This document shows positions 61,334 to 64,000 of a stretch of 64,000 nt of DNA, one piece after another (the stretch's first letter is position 1; each line of letters opens with the position of its first letter). The translations under genes were made by a program, and so were the position numbers. The stretch lies in NCBI GenBank assembly GCA_963711835.1, contig CAVQFQ010000004.1:160001-224000 (forward strand), given 5' to 3'. The notes beneath the pieces were generated by a model that was not told the DNA's origin, ran no database searches, and saw nothing but the letters and a program-made list of their open reading frames with translations. This DNA comes from an uncultured delta proteobacterium. Its GTDB lineage: Bacteria; Desulfobacterota; RBG-13-43-22.

Positions 61334-62181
61334 AGGTCCCTCCTTTCCTTATCCTCCCAGGCTTCAGGAAAAACCCGGCCTTCAAAAATCAGCTCGACCT
61401 CTCCTTCCAGATAGGCCTGGTCAATCGATTGACCCGGTTTGCCTTCCAGGTAAACGGTCAACCGTTCGCCACCCCTGGTCTGAACCGGGATAGGAGGGGT
61501 AAGGTTATGTCTCAGGTAGGCCAGGGAGGCCGCGGCCACCGCCCCGGTGCCGCAGGCCAGAGTCTCCCCTTCCACGCCCCTTTCATAGGTGCGAATCGAA
61601 AGCACCCCCCCCTCTTTGATCTGGACAAAGTTCACGTTGGTCCCTGCCGGTTGGAACTGGGAATGGAAACGGATCAGGGGGCCCAGGGTCGGCAGATCAA
61701 TCGCCTCCAGATCCTCGACCCAGACCAGGGCATGGGGTACGCCGGTATTGATGAAATCCACGGACTGGAAATCCTGATTCAAAGAGAGGCCTTGATCCAA
61801 ACTCCAGCCTTGGGGAGGAGTCAATTGGATCTTAACTCTGGCCCCGTCCACCCAGGCCCGGATCGGCCCGGCCAGGGTTTCAAAGGTCATCTCTTTTCCG
61901 GCCAGGCCCCGGAGAAAGGCATAACGAGCCACACAGCGGCCCCCGTTCCCGCACATCTCGGCCTCGCTGCCATCGGAATTAAAAAAACGCCACTTGAAAT
62001 CGGCCCGGTCCGAAGGTCCCACCAGGATCAGGCCGTCGGCTCCCACCGAAACCCTCCGGCGGCAAAGGGCCCTGGCCAGGAAAACCATCCGGGAATCGGA
62101 GATCTCTCCGGATCGGTTATCGATCAGGATGAAATCATTTCCCGAGCCGCTCATCTTGGTAATGTTCAGGTTGGTCAGCAT
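61330..62181 (-). CDS. dapF: Diaminopimelate epimerase
   Basis: GSGNDF, EMCGNGGRC, TGVPH, ERGVEGETLACGTG. Confidence 0.97.
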   Translation of the reverse strand: MLTNLNITKMSGSGNDFILIDNRSGEISDSRMVFLARALCRRRVSVGADGLILVGPSDRADFKWRFFNSDGSEAEMCGNGGRCVARYAFLRGLAGKEMTFETLAGPIRAWVDGARVKIQLTPPQGWSLDQGLSLNQDFQSVDFINTGVPHALVWVEDLEAIDLPTLGPLIRFHSQFQPAGTNVNFVQIKEGGVLSIRTYERGVEGETLACGTGAVAAASLAYLRHNLTPPIPVQTRGGERLTVYLEGKPGQSIDQAYLEGEVELIFEGRVFPEAWEDKERRDL

Positions 62182-62186
62182 ATTTT

Positions 62187-63443
62187 TTATTTCAAATGCT
62201 CCGGAATTCTTTCCAGCGCGATCAGTTGGGCATAAGTCTCTCTTTTCCGGATAACATGAAAGGTCCGTCCCGAAACCAGGACCTCGGCCGCCCGGGGCCG
62301 GGAATTATAATTGCTGGACATGACAAACCCGTAAGCGCCGGCACTCATTACGGCCAACAGGTCCCCCGGGGCTGGCAGGGGCAGAAAACGGTCTTTGCCC
62401 AGAAAATCCCCGCTTTCACAGATAGGGCCGACGACATCGGCCTGGATTTTCGGTCCCCGGCGGCGGACCACCGGCTGGATGTAATGGTAGGATCCATACA
62501 ATGAAGGCCGGACCAGATCATTCATGCCGGCATCAACGACAATAAAATTCTTCTCCCCTCCTTTTTTGACATACAGAACCTTGGTCATCAAGATGCCGGC
62601 ATTCCCGACAATGACCCGCCCGGGCTCCAGAATCAGGGTAAAGGGAGCACGTCCCAGGGCCTTGATGACCGACCGGGCATACTCCCTGGGATGAGGCGGC
62701 TCCTCCTGATCATAGGTAATGCCCAGCCCTCCCCCCAGATCGACATACTCAATCCGTATATCCAGGATTTCCAGTTGGTCAATCAATCCCTTTAGTTTCT
62801 GAATGGCTTCAAGAAACGGGGAGGTCAGCAGCAACTGGGAGCCGATATGGCAATCCACCCCTATGACCTTCAGGTGGGAAAGCTCCTTGGCCAGGCGGTA
62901 CTCTTCCAGGGATTGTTGGATATCAATGCCGAATTTATTTTTCTTTAATCCGGTAGAGATATAGGGATGGGTTTTAGGATCAATGTCCGGATTGACCCGA
63001 ACCGCAATAGGGGCCTTTTTCTTCATCCTTCCGGCGATCTGGTTTATAAAACGCAGTTCTTCAGGCGATTCGACATTCAGCAACAAGATTCCTTGGTTTA
63101 AGGCATACCGGATCTCTTCCTCGGTCTTACCCACTCCCGAGTAAACGATCCGTTCCGGCGGGATGCCTGCTTTTAAGGCCCGGTACAACTCTCCTCCGGA
63201 CACAATATCCGCTCCGCCCCCCAAACGGGCGAACAGGCGCAGAAGACTCAGGTTCGAATTGGCCTTTTGGGCATAACAGGTCAGATGGGCAATCCGGGAA
63301 AAGGATTGGTCGAAGGTCTTGAAATGATGTTCTAAGGTGGCCTGGCTGTAAATATAACAGGGGGTCCCTACCTGCCGGATAAGATCGGGAAGGGGGATTT
63401 CTTCGGCAAATAACAGGCCGTTATGATACTGAAAATGATGCAT
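62187..63443 (-). CDS. lysA: Diaminopimelate decarboxylase
   Basis: YAQKAN, HIGSQ, DLGGG, EPGR, GPICESGD, SNYNSR. Confidence 0.97.
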   Translation of the reverse strand: MHHFQYHNGLLFAEEIPLPDLIRQVGTPCYIYSQATLEHHFKTFDQSFSRIAHLTCYAQKANSNLSLLRLFARLGGGADIVSGGELYRALKAGIPPERIVYSGVGKTEEEIRYALNQGILLLNVESPEELRFINQIAGRMKKKAPIAVRVNPDIDPKTHPYISTGLKKNKFGIDIQQSLEEYRLAKELSHLKVIGVDCHIGSQLLLTSPFLEAIQKLKGLIDQLEILDIRIEYVDLGGGLGITYDQEEPPHPREYARSVIKALGRAPFTLILEPGRVIVGNAGILMTKVLYVKKGGEKNFIVVDAGMNDLVRPSLYGSYHYIQPVVRRRGPKIQADVVGPICESGDFLGKDRFLPLPAPGDLLAVMSAGAYGFVMSSNYNSRPRAAEVLVSGRTFHVIRKRETYAQLIALERIPEHLK

Positions 63444-63454
63444 CGGACTTCACC

Positions 63455-64000
63455 TTAGGGGTTAAAAATGAGCTCGATTTCTTTGGAACGCGGCCCCTCG
63501 GTCCGGGCCGGGGGAACACCGACGGCGCTGATGGAATAAAAATAAACCCTTCCCGGCACGACCGGACGGTCCTCAAAAATAGGCTCGGTGAGGGGATCTT
63601 TGGTCAGGCGTCTGGGGGACTTTTCCCCTTGGGTCCGCCGGTAAACATGGTAGCCTTTTACCGCGGCCGAATCGGCCGCCTGCCATCGAATCTGGACCGC
63701 GGCAGCCAGGGAGACGGCCACCATTTCCTGGATCGTAGGCAGGGATACCAGAGGCTTAAAAAGCTCGGTTTTTTCTTCCGAACCTTCGCTTTCCAGGAAG
63801 TTGCCGTTGATACGTCTGACGGCTTTGACCTGATAGCTGTAAGCCATTGCTTCCTGCAAGCCCTTGTCCAGAAAACGGGGTGATTCAAGGGGCTGCTCGG
63901 CCACCCTTTCCCAGGCCTTTTGAGAGCTCCGACGGTAGAGGGCATAGCCGGCCAATCCTTCGGCCGCTGACCCGTCGACTAAAGAGTTCGGGGGAATCCA
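63455..64000 (-). CDS. Fibronectin type III-repeat protein (3' part; start outside the window)
   Basis: Two GYxxYRR...F.D.....YxY.V.AV repeats. Confidence 0.7.
   Translation of the reverse strand, partial: WIPPNSLVDGSAAEGLAGYALYRRSSQKAWERVAEQPLESPRFLDKGLQEAMAYSYQVKAVRRINGNFLESEGSEEKTELFKPLVSLPTIQEMVAVSLAAAVQIRWQAADSAAVKGYHVYRRTQGEKSPRRLTKDPLTEPIFEDRPVVPGRVYFYSISAVGVPPARTEGPRSKEIELIFNP

Overview
GC-rich bacterial chromosomal segment; gene content and order suggest Desulfobacterota (deltaproteobacteria), possibly from a metagenome-type assembly (inference). Most of it is housekeeping: ltaE, prfB with its programmed +1 frameshift, lnt, hisHF, pilB-pilC-pilS, aspC, xseAB-ispA-dxs-tlyA, an oppABCDF-mltB operon, trmJ, mutM, mdh, glpK, larA, nfeD/SPFH, udg, coaBC, pgsA with tRNA-Gly and tRNA-Cys, tal, folK and lysA-dapF-dapB-FAH-dapL. 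Two accessory stretches stand out. (i) About 1.6-3.7 kb: a decaying toxin-antitoxin cluster and a 53-bp direct repeat whose five differences are all synonymous in one hidden reading frame. (ii) About 26.6-32.9 kb: a MalT-like ATPase/TPR/wHTH-BTAD (SARP-type) regulator, an 11-bp-period direct repeat, a small protein, a secreted Cys-containing protein and a PflX-like protein lacking one radical-SAM cysteine, beside a vapBC pair. Also present are a Pif1-WYL helicase, three MITE-like inverted-repeat elements, short tandem repeats that have entered gene ends, and three frameshifted genes (amidase, the regulator, folK) that may be assembly errors. No CRISPR array, rRNA, integrase or transposase was seen. 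Family assignments come from motif recognition only; no database search was run.
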